Part shown: positions 1 through 13,897 of the stretch, piece after piece
Position numbering within the stretch: the first letter of the stretch is position 1
Layout: each line of letters starts with the position of its first letter
Origin: Vermamoeba vermiformis
Taxonomy: Eukaryota
Direction of reading: 5' to 3'
DNA length: 64,000 nt
Assembly (NCBI GenBank): GCA_045837725.1
Contig: JBEWZL010000109.1
Location: 186,001-250,000 of the forward strand
Program-made: the position numbers and the translations under genes
Notes under the pieces: generated by a model
The model's database searches: none
Seen by the model: the letters and a program-made list of their open reading frames with translations, nothing else
What the model was told of the DNA's origin: nothing

Positions 1-2100
1 CGCGACTAGTGCGCGCACGACTCGAACAACGCTACGCACACATGACCGATCTGCGCTCTGAGGGCGAGGCAGTGGCACCACCGCACGCCATGACCTGGTA
101 CCCCGACAGATGTGGCTGGTACTTCTCGCGCTCGCGTCGTGTGCTGCGCAAGATTGAAGGTGCGCACTACGAGGAGTGGCGCCAGTTCATGATCACCGAG
201 AACGAGCTCGGCAACATCAGTCGCCAAGAGGCTGTCAGCATGGTGCCGGCCTTCTTTCTCGACGTGCGCGCTGATCACACCGTGCTCGACATGTGCGCTG
301 CCCCTGGCTCCAAGACCGCGCAGCTGTTGGAGCTGATTGCCGTGCAGGGCCGCACCCTCGACGAGCACGACACGGAGGCCCCGGTGCGCGGACTGGTGAT
401 TGCGAATGACGTGGACCGCGACCGCTGCAACTTGCTGCTGACACGCACGCGCACGGGCAGCAATCTGATCGTGACCAACTACGAGGCGCAGCTGTATCCG
501 ACACTCAAGCTCTTGCAGCACGATGGCAGTCACGTGCCACTCAAAATAGATCGCATTCTCTGTGACGTGCCCTGCAGCGGTGATGGCACCATGCGGAAAA
601 ACCCCGATGTGTGGCAGTCGTGGCACGTGGAGGGCGGCACCAATGTGCATCCTCTGCAAGTGCAAATATTGTCACGTGCCTGTCAGCTGTTGTTGCAGTG
701 TCCTCCACGTGACAGCGGAGACCGTGAAAGAATTGTCTATTCGACCTGTTCACTGAATCCCATCGAAGACGAAGCAGTCATTGCAACTATTCTGCAACGC
801 CATCCTGAGCTCCGATTGGTCAATGTCGATCACGTGTTGCCTGGTCTGCGTCGTCAACCAGGGCTGTCGCACTGGCGCGTGCGCACACGTAGTGGCGAGT
901 GGTTTGACAGCTACGAGGCCCTGGTGAGTGCCACGCAAGGTACCGCGCAAGAGAGTCACGTGACACGCAAATATCTGCCGTCAATGTTCCCGCCCAAAGA
1001 TACGTCTGGTTTGAACCTGCACTACAGGTATGTGTTTGACAGCTGATGACACGTGTCATTTGCTCATCTCCATCGCAGCTTCAGATTGTTGCCGCATCAC
1101 CAGGACAGCGGTGGATTTTTTGTGGCAGTGCTGGAACGGGTGCCACCAAGTGTCAATAATGTCAACGTTGTAGCTGAAGTTGCTCCTGCCAATTTGACAC
1201 CTGTCACTCCGACACCTGTCACCGAGCCCGAGACTGCAAATGACACGCCAGCCCCTGAAGTTAACACGACTGAGCCTCGGCCCAAAAAACAACGTCGTAA
1301 GTGACGTGCAGTGACACGTGTCAATGACTGACCTTTGAATATTTGCAGAACCCAAATTTGGTGAGCCCCTGAGCGTGTTGAGCGAGGCAGATCTGGCCTC
1401 GGAACAGTGGACCAAAGTCAAGTCGTTCTACGGACTGCGCGATGATTTTCCGCTGCGTCAACTGATCACGCGCGCGCAGAGTGGCGTGTCGAATCGCTAC
1501 TACTTTGTCACGGAGCGCGCACGTGACTTGCTGCAGGCCCAGACACACACCTTCCGAGTGGTGCACACGGGCACCAAGCTGTTCGAGCGCGCGGACAATC
1601 AGGGCCCGTACTGCAATCTGCGCATCTGTCAAGAGGGCGCGCACGTGCTCTATCCGTACATGACGCGCCGTGTCATCACGATCACGTGGGAGGATCTTTG
1701 CACTTTGCTGCTCAATCGACACCCGTTCTTCACGCAGTTCTCGACCGAGGTGCGCGCACAGCTCGTGGAACTGTTGCAGGGCTCGTGTCTGTTCGTGTTG
1801 CCACCCTGCGCACAGACGCAACACAATCGACTCGTGTTCGCTGCGTGGCGCGGCAAAAATAGCTGCAATCTGCAAATGTCATCGGAAGAATTCAAATCTG
1901 TCAAAGCGCTGCTCGGCATTGCGGATCCTGCAGCGGACCAATCAGCTGCTAGTGCATCCAATGTCACGGACCAATCAGCTGCTAGTGCTTCCAATGTACG
2001 GACCAATCAGCTGCCGCTTCAACGGACCAATCAGCTGCCACCAAGCAAGAGGCCGCAGACTCGGCAAACGAGCCTGTGTGAATACAATTGCCATCGATAA
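1..2100 (+). CDS. NSUN2: tRNA (cytosine-5)-methyltransferase NSUN2/Trm4, 5'-truncated by the window edge; introns 1028-1078 and 1297-1348
   Basis: Motifs RQEAVSMVP, VLDMCAAPGSKT, DRILCDVPCSGDGTMRKN, VYSTCSLNPIEDE and RLLPHHQDSGGFFVAV. The true stop is probably TGA 2079-2081 after a 1-nt indel near 1996. Confidence 0.95.
1935..2040 (+). repeat. Four copies of CGGACCAATCAGCTGC (DQSAA repeat) in the NSUN2 C-terminal tail
   Basis: Direct repeats visible in the sequence, spaced about 33, 32 and 24 nt apart. Confidence 0.85.
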
Positions 2101-2169
2101 ATATAAACATTTATTAACAATTCAATTCGACTATTATTACTATTATTCGTGTTGTTATTGGGATGGGAT

Positions 2170-3147
2170 CTACTCGTTCTGGAAGTACCACGCCTTGGAC
2201 TTGTTGAACAACTTCTTGCCAGTCATGCGCGCAATGTCCTCAGGCGACTGAATGCCGTCCTTGAGTGCCTTGAACACAGCGCGGTACAGCGTGATCTTGT
2301 TGCGCGAGCCGAATGTGACCACGGACGCGTCTTTGATGCCGAATGCTTTGAGAATGGTGCGCAGTTCGGGACTGGCTTTCATGCCGTAGCCGGGTCTGAC
2401 GGCCTTGAGCAAGACGTAGCTGCGCTTGTACTTGACTTGAATGTCCTTGGTCAGGGTGCCGCCTGCCACCACATTGATGCTCATAATGTTCTTTTGCGCA
2501 TCTCGCGTGGCTTGTTCGGTGGCCTTGGCAACTGTCTCGCCCTTGCCGTAGCCGAGACCTGCACTGCCCTTGCCAGTACCGAGCAGCACCAGTGCGGCGA
2601 ATGATTGCACGCGCAGACCTGGCGTCACTTTCACGTGTCGCATAATCTGCGATCAGATCCACTCGATTAGCGTCCGTTTGCATTAACCATATAAAAAATA
2701 ATACTAATATTTTTCGTATATGGTAGATCAATAGTGCATTATTTGCTGCAAATGAGCTCTAATAAAATTACAATAATAATAATTAAAAATAATAATTACC
2801 GACAACACTTCATTGATGGTGTATTCTTGACCAGTGAGTTCAGGATCGAAGGGACTGGCAGCGATTTGATGTCCGGTGCTCGCATTGCCCTCCTCGTCCA
2901 ATGTGCCCAAAAAGCCCAACAGCGAGTTGGTTGTCTTCTCATCCAGCGACGAGGACTCTTTGGCTAATTTCTTTTTGAGCTTGTCTGCATATGATTCTGT
3001 GCTAGTATTGGTCTCTGTGCTGTATTGTTGGCACGCCACTGCGCCCAGAGGTTTGGATCGAGATGCGAACAACGAGACTGTTGCGACAGATCTGCTGCTC
3101 GCTGCACGCCACAGTGCAGTGGTTGGAATGGCGAGGTGTTTGAGCAT
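2170..3147 (-). CDS. MRPS5: Mitochondrial ribosomal protein uS5m
   Basis: S5 motifs RHVKVTPGLRVQSFAALVLLGTGKGSAGLGYGK and RTILKAFGIKD. Ser/Arg-rich presequence-like N-terminus MLKHLAIPTTALWRAASSRS. Short AT-rich introns at about 2650-2800. Confidence 0.85.
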
Positions 3148-3375
3148 TGTTATAATAACAGTTGGCCTATTGTATCGCACAGCTGTGTGTCTTCACTCGC
3201 CACAAAAATAAGTTAATTATTATTCAGATCTGAGTGATGATGTCACACACCACGCGACTTGTAGTATATATCTAGGTGTGGAGTGCATTATCGTTATAAC
3301 TATACTTGTCTACTAGCACTGCTATTCAACGCGTGTTGATCCACTACAGCAATACAATTTTGAAATTGAAAACAA

Positions 3376-5527
3376 ATGACTCAAAAATTGAGGAATTACA
3401 CCTTATTAGCCACACTGTGTCTCATCTGCTCTATATTATTGTTGGGTAAGTCGTATACATGTCCTATAATTTTAGAAGCTAATTCGAGGCAGGCGGAGTG
3501 CGTGCAGATCTTGCTGACGTGTCAGATGAGCCTCTGCGCGGTAAGTTCATTACACGAGCTATTACCACAGCGAATGCATTAGTACTCAATATGAATATCT
3601 GCCCCTAGATGCAGAGCTGCAACACACGCTGCAGTTGCTGCACGATGACTTGGATGCAGGTCTGCAACAGCTGCACCACTACGCGCAACTAGGCAGTGGT
3701 CTCGCCCACGCCATACTCGGTGATCTCTATTCGCAATACACTACCAAGCACTACTTGCCACTCGACGAGTCACATCCAACGCACACTGGACACGAAGAGC
3801 GCGTGGTGTACGAGCACGATGACTACGCGCGCAGCGGATCTGAACTCGCCGCACTGCCGCACTGGCCCGCACTCGATCTCTTGGCCGCACTGCACCACTA
3901 CAACGCGAGTGCACAGCGCGGGGTGTCGCATGCGCAGCGGATGTACGCCTTCGTGCTCGAACACTACGCGCGCGTGCCTGAACACGTGCCTGCAGCCCTG
4001 GTGCACCTCGAATTCGCAGCACAATCGCGCGACATTGAAGCACTGCTGGCACTGGGCCACAAGCACGATGCAGGGCTGAATGTCGTGCGCACTTGCACGC
4101 GCGCCGTGGCGTACTATCAACAAGCTGCCAAGCTCATCGTCGAGGCCACGCAGACTGGGCCACACGTGCGCGTGATGAGTGACTACGTGCGCTTGAACGA
4201 CGAGCGCGAGAAAGGTCGCAGCCGTGCCGTGGAAGAAGCAGACACGCTCGAGTTCTACACGTACGCGGCAGACAATGGCGATGTGGACGCACAAGTGGCC
4301 CTCGGTCTGCTGTACTTGCAGGGGGGACTGGGCCTGGCACGCGATCCAGACATGGCGCTCTACTACATGCGCCAAGCAGCCGAGCAAGAGGACGGCAATG
4401 CACTGGCACACTTGGGCTGGATGTTGGCGCGAGGGGTGGGCAGCGAGCACGAGGACCCAGTGACCGCACTGCACTTGCTGCAACAGAGTGCTGAAGCCAA
4501 CAGCGGCCACGGCCACACCTATCTGGCCCTCATGTACCTGCAGGGCCGTGCGGTGAAGCAGAATGTGAAAGAGGCGCATCAACTGCTGCTCAAGGCCAGC
4601 GAACTCAACACCGCCGAAGCACTGCTGCAGCTCGGACTCTTGCACTACTACGGCGTGCCTTCGCTGCAGTACCCAACGCGCGACTCGTACGTCATCACGC
4701 GCGACTACGCCAAGTCCTTCGGCTACTTTCAGCGCGCAGCACAAGCAGGACACACCGTGGCACTCTACTGGCTCGGTGTGCTGCACTTGCACGGACTCGG
4801 CACTGGTGCTGCAGCCAACTGTCCGCACGCCCTCGTGTTGTTCAAGAAGCTGATTGAGCGCACTTATCTGCACGAGCTCGGTCAGCAGATCTATTATCGC
4901 CTCGTGGTGCCTGGTCACGATCACGCGGCACTGCTCAACTATCTGCGTGCCGCGAGTCTGGGCCACGAAGCAGCAGTGATGAATGCCGCGTATCTGTTCG
5001 AGACCATTGAGGCCAGCGAGCTCAGCACCAGTCTCGACAGCGCCACTGCCGCGAGTGTGCAGCACGAGCTGAATGTGAATGTGAGTGCCACGGACCGATA
5101 TCGCAAGGCATTCAAGCTCTACTCCATCGCTGCAGCGCAGAACAATGCCGTGGCCTATTTGAAGCTCGGTGACTTTTACTATTATGGCAAGGGGCAGAAC
5201 ATTGATCACGTGCGAGCAGCGAGCATGTATCAAGCAGCGAGTGCGCTCAATCTAGCACAAGCGAGCTTCAATCTGGGCTGGATGCATCAGAAGGGCATTG
5301 GACTGCCGCGCGATCTGCACCTGGCCAAGCGATACTACGACCTGGCAGCAGAACAGAACCCGAAAGAGGCGCACATCCCTGTCTCACTGGCCTATGTCAG
5401 TCTGGCGGTGGACTATCTCATGCATGAAACGAGCGTTGGTGCGCGATGGGACAACTATCTGATTATGAGCCTCGCAGTGCTGTTGTTGGTGTTGCTGATG
5501 ATTCGACGCGCACTGATTACGAATTAA
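3376..5527 (+). CDS. SEL1L: SEL1L/Hrd3 ERAD component (signal peptide, Sel1 repeats, C-terminal TM)
   Basis: Signal peptide, multiple SLR repeats (GDVDAQVALGLLYLQGG, LKLGDFYYYGKG), the Hrd3-typical AQASFNLGWMHQKGIGLPRDLHLAKRYYDLA, and a C-terminal hydrophobic helix. Confidence 0.92.
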
Positions 5528-5632
5528 TTGTACATAATAATAACAGGAATAAATCTCACATTGACACAGATCTGATAGTGACTTTGTACAGGGTTTATTG
5601 TTCTGATGATAGATCATTGTATCTTACATGGC

Positions 5633-7168
5633 TCACTGCTCTGCAGCTTCATTTTGCTGTGCTGGTGTGGGACGTGATTGCAGTGCGGTGAGAGTGATCA
5701 GCAGCTGATCGAGCTCCTCTTGGATGTGCGCCACTTGTTGTGTCAAGTGCTGCACTCGGACCACGACGCGTTGCAGATCTGGATCCGCTCCGTCAATTTG
5801 CTGCACAGGCAGTACATGGTGTGGTGTGCCCGGCACTTGCTGCACGCCGTCTGCTGGACCGTGCACGTGCACAGCCGGCACGGGAGCAGGTACATTTGCA
5901 GGCAATAACCCTGGGAGAGGAGGGGGCTGCAAATGAGGCTGCAAATGAGGCTGTGGCGGTGCGAGCAGATCAGAGCGACAGATCGGACAGGTCTGTTGTC
6001 GCTCCAACCAGCCGCGCAGACATCGCGCGTGCAGCACGTGACCGCAGGGCAATCGACGACCTTGCCGCAGTTCGTAGCGACACACAATGCACACATCTGC
6101 GCGCTGCAGCTCTTCGTCAGTGGCCTCGGGGAAGCGCTGATCAAAGCCCGAGGTGGTGCGGCGGTACTTGACCACGTCCATGACGCGCTTCTGCAGCGAG
6201 ATGAATGTCGCGTAGAGTTGACGGACGATGTGCAGAGGCAGTCCAGTCCACATCAGAATGCAGATGAAGAAGGCGAGCGAGACTACGAGCTGAAAGATAT
6301 CGACCACAAAGTCGAGGTACATGACGTAGACGCTCTTGTGCTCCCACTCGCCGTTCTGTCCCCACAGATCGTACAGACTGAGCAGCAGTTTGATGCTCGT
6401 AGCCACAGCTGAGGAGAACAAGATCATGTATTCAAAAGCAAATAGGACCATCATGCTGGGTCCATAGTTGATCACATGACGCGCTGTTAGATACACGCCA
6501 AACACATCCCAGCAGATCAGTGAGGCGATCAGAGCGCCCAAGCGAACAACTGTGAATTTGTTCTCGATAGGTGTTTGAGAGAGCTGCATATATTGTTAGA
6601 TACAAGTACCATCATGGACCTGAAGCGACACTCACGTAATTGACACGATCTTGCGCGAGCCAATGAAAAATTTTGACGAATATGAGTACGATTAAGAATC
6701 CAACGAACTTGGTGTTGAAATCCTCTCTAAATACAGTCATGGCAAGTAATATGTCCATAATAGTGGTGTAGATCCGCTCTGTCATACGCTAGCAAACAAG
6801 TTAGTGAATTCTGTGGCACGCATCCGAACATACCTCTACTTCTGCATCTCTTAATTGTCCTAAGAATATTGATTTGGTGATTCGACCAATGATGACTGCT
6901 AAGGACAGGCCCATATTTATTAAGATCTACGCAATAAATTATTATTCGAACAATAAATATTCAATTTGAATTTGCAAGCCTCTATTCAGGCCCGTTGCAA
7001 ATAATTGATGAATGTGATAATAGTACATACCAAATTGCATCCTTTAGACTTCACAATGTGCGCTATAGTCGGATAGAATTGCTCGCGCTGATGGAACTCT
7101 TTGGAGAGCATGCCTATAGTCAAGAGCAGCGAGCCTACGCTGTACAAATAGAAATTAACGCCAGCCAT
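5633..7168 (-). CDS. HRD1: ERAD E3 ubiquitin ligase Hrd1/synoviolin
   Basis: N-terminal QFYPTIAHI, TM region GPSMMVLFAFEY, WEHKSVYVMY, LPLHIVRQLY, and RING-H2 CIVCR...LPCGHVLHARCLRGWLERQQTCPICR. Several 5' introns. Confidence 0.93.
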
Positions 7169-7430
7169 TGTAGTCTATTCTATTGTATTGAATAAATGGA
7201 CAACAAAAATATTTGATGACGTCACGATCTGATGTCCACACGTGCGAGCAGTATCGCGTCTAGTGTCGATCATTGCACTATACAAGCCACACATATACAG
7301 GTACAGTAAATGCGTTCATTTATACACTGGATGTGACGTTGACAACTCGTCCATCGCTAAGTTTCAAAGAGTTACAAACAATAGTATTTCCTATGCCATA
7401 TACACACACATATATACAGCACGAGTGGTC

Positions 7431-8326
7431 TTATTCGACTTCGTCCAAGTAGTCCTTGATCTGCTCGGGGGTCAGCACTCTGAACACGCGGTCCTCGCCC
7501 ACAATGCCAATCTCAATGTTGTGATGCGTCATTTCGCCCTCAAAGCCCTCTTTCAGCGTCATAATTGCGCGGTGCACGGCGTCTTCGAGCTCAATGTCCT
7601 CGGCGTAGCGCTTCTCCAAGAAGGACTTGGCGTTGTTCATGTTCTTGCCAATCGCTGTGGCCTTCCACGCAAAGTACGAGCCCGAGGGATCGACTTGATA
7701 GAGCTGCGCGCCACCGAGCTGATCGAAGCCCGCGACCAGCAGTGAGACACCAAAGGGCCGCACACCACCTGACTGCGTGAACTCTTGCATCACATACGCC
7801 AACTCGCGCACCAGCTGCGACACGGGGATAGGATCTTTGTAGAATCGGAAGTACTCTTGCGCCTTCTTGCGACCCTTGCGCACTAATACGCGGAAATCAG
7901 GACCAATGCCTGAATAGACCATGCCAATATTGTCTGTCAACATGCTGATCTTGGTGATTGTTTTTTCATCCATCAATGCTGGCAATTTCTTTTCTGTGGC
8001 AATCACAACACCATTACGTGCTATAATATCAATCAATTAGAAAATATAATTATGATGACTTAACTCGGCGATCAAGCTGCCAATAAAAAAATTGAAAAAT
8101 TTTGCGGGGTGATAAAATATTATACAAAATTTTTGCTGGCGACTTTGAGTGCTCACCATTCAATATCCATGGATAAATAAATCAAATAAATTAGGCGTAT
8201 TAAATTACCTTTAATTCCAAGAGAGGTAGAGCCTTGAGCTACAGCATTCAAGGCGTAATTGATCTGAACCAACTTGCCCGAAGGAGAAAAGGTGGTAAGA
8301 GAGAAAGAATATCGACTATCATCCAT
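7431..8326 (-). CDS. PSMA2: 20S proteasome subunit alpha type-2
   Basis: [35 protein letters not shown] and [18 protein letters not shown]. One intron at about 8022-8208. Confidence 0.97.
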
Positions 8327-8477
8327 GATGTGAGTGGTGATGTGTAGTGTTGCAGTGCTATTCAAGTATTAAATTTTGCTAAACTTGACTCAAATAATTT
8401 GTCACTCTCGGCCAGGGTCACATAAAACACTACACACCATACCCTACCCTTGTTGTTAGGTGCGGTTAACAGCAACC

Positions 8478-9926
<1,449 letters not shown>

Positions 9927-10111
9927 TATGGCATCTTTTTTGTAGTTCTATTAACATAAAAAACTCGTTGTATAGTTAACAGGCGCTGGTGGTTTTATTG
10001 ACGTTGGTTGAAATTTAAAACCGAGCCACAAAAAAATCTTGTTAAGATCACTTTCGATAGGCACGCTGCAACAATAGTATTGTATTAGATATATTGTTTC
10101 GTTGCAGGACT

Positions 10112-13100
10112 ATGGCCAGCACATCTGTTGCCGATACTACTGACCGCCAGCTACGGTGGCAGCAGGAGGAAAAAGAGTTTGAACAACTACTCGAAGAAAA
10201 AAGAGAAAAACGACGTCAAGAGCGCGAGGCACGCTTGAAGCGTCTGCAAGAGGAGGAAGAAATTGCTACTCGTGAGCGCGAGAGTCGGTTGCGTGCTAGA
10301 GAAGAGGAGATCAAACGAAAACTCGAAGAAGAGCAACGCCGTGAGGTAATAATAACCTAATTTCTTAATTTCCGTATTCATTTTTGTGTATTATAACGAA
10401 AATCTCGATTTAATAATTAAAAATCAAAAATATCTCAAATGATTGCAATTAAAAAACAGCACAGTGTATAGCCAAACAAATTGTTAGTTTTCAACTCGAT
10501 GTTAATGAATGCAATAGGCGGAAAGGAAGCAGCGCGAAGAAGAGCGCAACAAGAAACGAGAGGCTGAACGTCGCGAGTGGGCAGAGAAATACGACCTCAA
10601 TAAGATACTCGAAGACGATGAGCCTGATGTAGTTGCACGACGTCGAGCGCGACGCGAACAACAACGGCGCGAGGCCGAAGAACTGTCACAACGTGTCGCT
10701 CAAGAGCGTGAACGACGTGAAGCTGAAAAGCGTCGCTTAGAGACCAGCAATCGCCGTCTACTTGACGAGGAGCGTGACCGAGCAGCACGTGCCACTGAAG
10801 AGGCACAGAAACGACGCGAACAGCAGCGTGAACAGCAGCAGCGCGAACAAGAGGAACGTCGTGTGCAAGCTGAAGAGCGCAAGAAACAGCGTGAAGAGGA
10901 GCGTCGTGCCCGTGAAGAGAGCGAAAGAACTCGACGCGCAGCTGAGGAACAACGTCGCGAGGCTGAACGAGCTAGACGTGCGGAAGAGCTGCAGCGACAA
11001 GCGGAGGCTGAGAAACAGCACGCTGCAGAGCTGGAAGAGCAGCGACAACGCAAACGTGAAGAAGAGAAAAAGAAGCGCGAGGCAGATGAAGCGAGACGTC
11101 GCGAAGAGGCCGAAAAACTGCAACAGAAGCGCAAAGAGGAGGAAGAAGAGCGTCGAGCACGCCAGGAAGAGGCTCGCCAAAAGCTGGCCCAGGAAGAGGA
11201 GGAGCAAGCGCGTTTGAAAGAGGAGAAACGACGTCAACGTGAAGAACAACGTCGCGTGGAAGATGCTGAACGACAACAGCGAGAAGAAGAGGCCGCACAA
11301 CGTCGTGAAGCTGAGCGAGCTGAGCGTGCGAAGAAAGAGCAAGAAGCAGAAGAACAGCGCCAGCAAGAGCGCGCTGAACGTGCTAAGCGTGCTGAAGAAG
11401 CTCGTTTGCAGCGTGAAAAAGAGGAGGCTGAGAGAAAGACGCGTGAAGCGGAAGAAGCTAGAGTTCAGCACGAGAAGAAAGAGGCCGAGAGGAGAGCACG
11501 CGAAGAAGAAGCGGCGGCAAGAGCTCAACATGAAAAGGAAGCGGCGGAGGCTAAACGCGTTGAAGAAGAAGCTGAGGCTAAGCGACAACAAGAAGCTGAA
11601 GCTAAGCGATTAGAGGAAGAAGCTGAAACCAAGCGATTAGAGGAAGAAGCTGAAGCCAAGCGACAACAAGAAGCTGAAGCCAAGCGATTAGAGGAAGAGG
11701 CTGAAGCCAAGCGACAACAAGAAGAGGCCGACAGAATCGCCACTGAGGCAGAGGCCAAACGTGTTGAGGAAGAAGCTGAAGCTAAGAAGCAACAAGAAGC
11801 TGAAACCAAGCGATTAGAGGAAGAAGCTGAAGCCAAGCGATTAGAGGAAGACGCTGAAGCTAAGCGACAACAAGAAGAGGCTGACAGAATTGCTGCTGAG
11901 GCCAAACGTGTTGAGGAAGAAGCTGAAGCTAAGAAGCAACAAGAGGAGGCTGAGGCTAAAAGTCAGCAAGAAGATACCAAAAATCAAGAGGAGGCTGAAG
12001 CCAAGCGATTAGAGGAAGAAGCTGAAGCCAAGCGATTAGAGGAAGAATGAAGCCAAGGATTAGAGGAAGAGGGAAGAGTTGGCTGAAGCCAAGCGCCAGC
12101 AAGAAGAAGGCGACAAAGCCGCCGCTGAAGCTGAAGCCAAACGTCTTGAAGAAGCCAAGCGACAACAAGAAGAGACCGACAGAATCGCCGCTGAGGCAGA
12201 GGCTAAACGTCTTGAGGAAGAAGCCGAGGCTAAGCGACAACAAGGAGCTGAAACTAAACAACAAGAGGAGGATGAGGCAAAAACACAAGAGGCTGAAGCC
12301 AAACGTGTTGAAGAAGAGGCTGAAGCTAAGAAACAACAAGAGGAGGCTGAGGCAAAGAGATTAGAAGAAGAGGCCGAGGCCAAGCGCCAGCAAGAAGAAG
12401 CCGACAAAGCTGAAGCTGAAGCCAAACGTCTAGCGGAAGAAGCCGAGGCTAAGAAGCAGCAAGAAGAGGCCGAGGCTAAGAAGCAGCAAGAAGAGGCTGA
12501 CAAAATCGCCGCTGAAGCAGAGGCGAAACGTGTTGAGGAAGAAGCCGAGGCTAAACGACAACAAGAAGAAGCTGAAGCAAAGAGATTAGAGGAAGAAGCT
12601 GAAACCAAGCGACAACAAGAAGAGGCTGACAAAATCGCCGCTGAGGCAGAGGCCAAACGTGTTGAGGAAGAAGCTGAGGCTAAGCGACAACAAGAGGAGG
12701 CTGAAGCTAAGCGATTAGAGGAAGAAGCTGAAGCTAAGCGACAACAAGAAGAGGCTGACAGAATTGCTGCAGAGGCCAAACGTGTTGAGGAAGAAGCTGA
12801 AGCTAAACGACAACAAGAAGCTGAAACCAAGCGATTAGAGGAAGAGGCTGAAGCCAAGCGCCAGCAAGAAGAAGCCGACAAAGCTGAAGCTGAAGCCAAA
12901 CGTCTAGCGGAAGAAGCCGAGGCTAAGAAGCAGCAAGAAGAGGCCGAGGTAAGAAGCAGCAAGAAGAAGCTGAGGCTAAGAAGAGAAGAAGAGGCGAGGT
13001 AAGAAGAGAAGAAGAGGGCTAAGAAACAACAGGAGGAGGCGGAGGCTAAGCGTCAGCAAGAGGAAGCTGAAGCTAAGAAACAACAGGAGGAAGTCAAGGC

Positions 13101-13809
13101 TGCTGCGCCTGTCCCCGCTTCACCCAAGCTAACCAAAAATCAGCGTAAAAAGGCAAACAAGAAAGCTAGAATGCAAGCTGCTACTAAACAAAGCCAAGAA
13201 CAACCTGAAAGCGAGACTAACACAGGTGATAAGACCGAAGAGCCCAGTGCTGAAGGAGCGGACGAGAGCAATGCTCAAACTAACCCAGCCCCTGTTGAAG
13301 AGAACAAGTCCGAGCCAGCCCAAGAGGTGGTAGCTGAGGCACAACCAGCTGAACAACCTTCCACTGAAGCTCCCTCCGATGTTGTTGCACAGCCGAGCAC
13401 ACAACAGCCCTCCGATGAAGCTCCCACTGAGGGCAATGGCCAAGAGACACACAGTGACTCGCACGTGGCTGAACAAGCTACAGCTGAAGTGACTGAGGGT
13501 CAAGAGCGACCAATGACAGCTGAAGAGAAGCGACAAGACCGTCGACTCAAGCACCTGACACTCGGTCGCGCTGCGGCCCCTAAGCGCAGTCACCAAGCCG
13601 AGAACAATCCTGTGCGCAATCGTCCAGGCACTTATGCCTCACCAGCGACGGAGAGCAAGACCGAGGCTGTGAGTGAAGAGAGTGAGGCGACACCTGCTGA
13701 AGCGGTGAAGGAGCCCAAGAAGATTCCTGGCGCGGTCAAACTGGGCGGCATGAATTTGTTAGCAGCTGTCGGTGGTGGCATGCCCAAGTTGAAGAAAGCA
13801 AAGAAGTAA
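10112..13809 (+). CDS. Very large E/K/R/A-rich single-alpha-helix/coiled-coil protein with a C-terminal CPI-like motif; apparent assembly frameshifts near 12045-12080 and 12950-13020
   Basis: ATG 10112, intron at about 10346-10518, continuous E/R/K-rich reading, tandem EAEAKRxxE units, acidic spacer, and C-terminus LKHLTLGRAAAPKR...MPKLKKAKK. Confidence 0.75.
11545..13090 (+). repeat. Coding minisatellite of about 21-27 nt units (EAEAKRLEE / EAEAKRQQE / EADRIAA)
   Basis: GAAGCTGAAGCCAAGCGA-type units repeated dozens of times, with higher-order blocks. Confidence 0.92.
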
Positions 13810-13897
13810 CGCAGTAATGGTGTTATCCTTTGTCTGTAATGTACAATCGACTATTTATTAATTAAATTAAATCAGCCGTGATGTCAAATCACTCTAT

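Noticed and set aside
3770-5233. Long antisense ORFs (487 aa here, also 10758-11591 and 12060-12962)
   Set aside because: These are shadows of GC-rich or repetitive sense-strand coding sequence and have no recognisable domains.
11545-13090. Regular repeats resembling a CRISPR array
   Set aside because: The units are in-frame codon repeats with synonymous variation and no unique spacers, the context is eukaryotic, and there are no cas genes.
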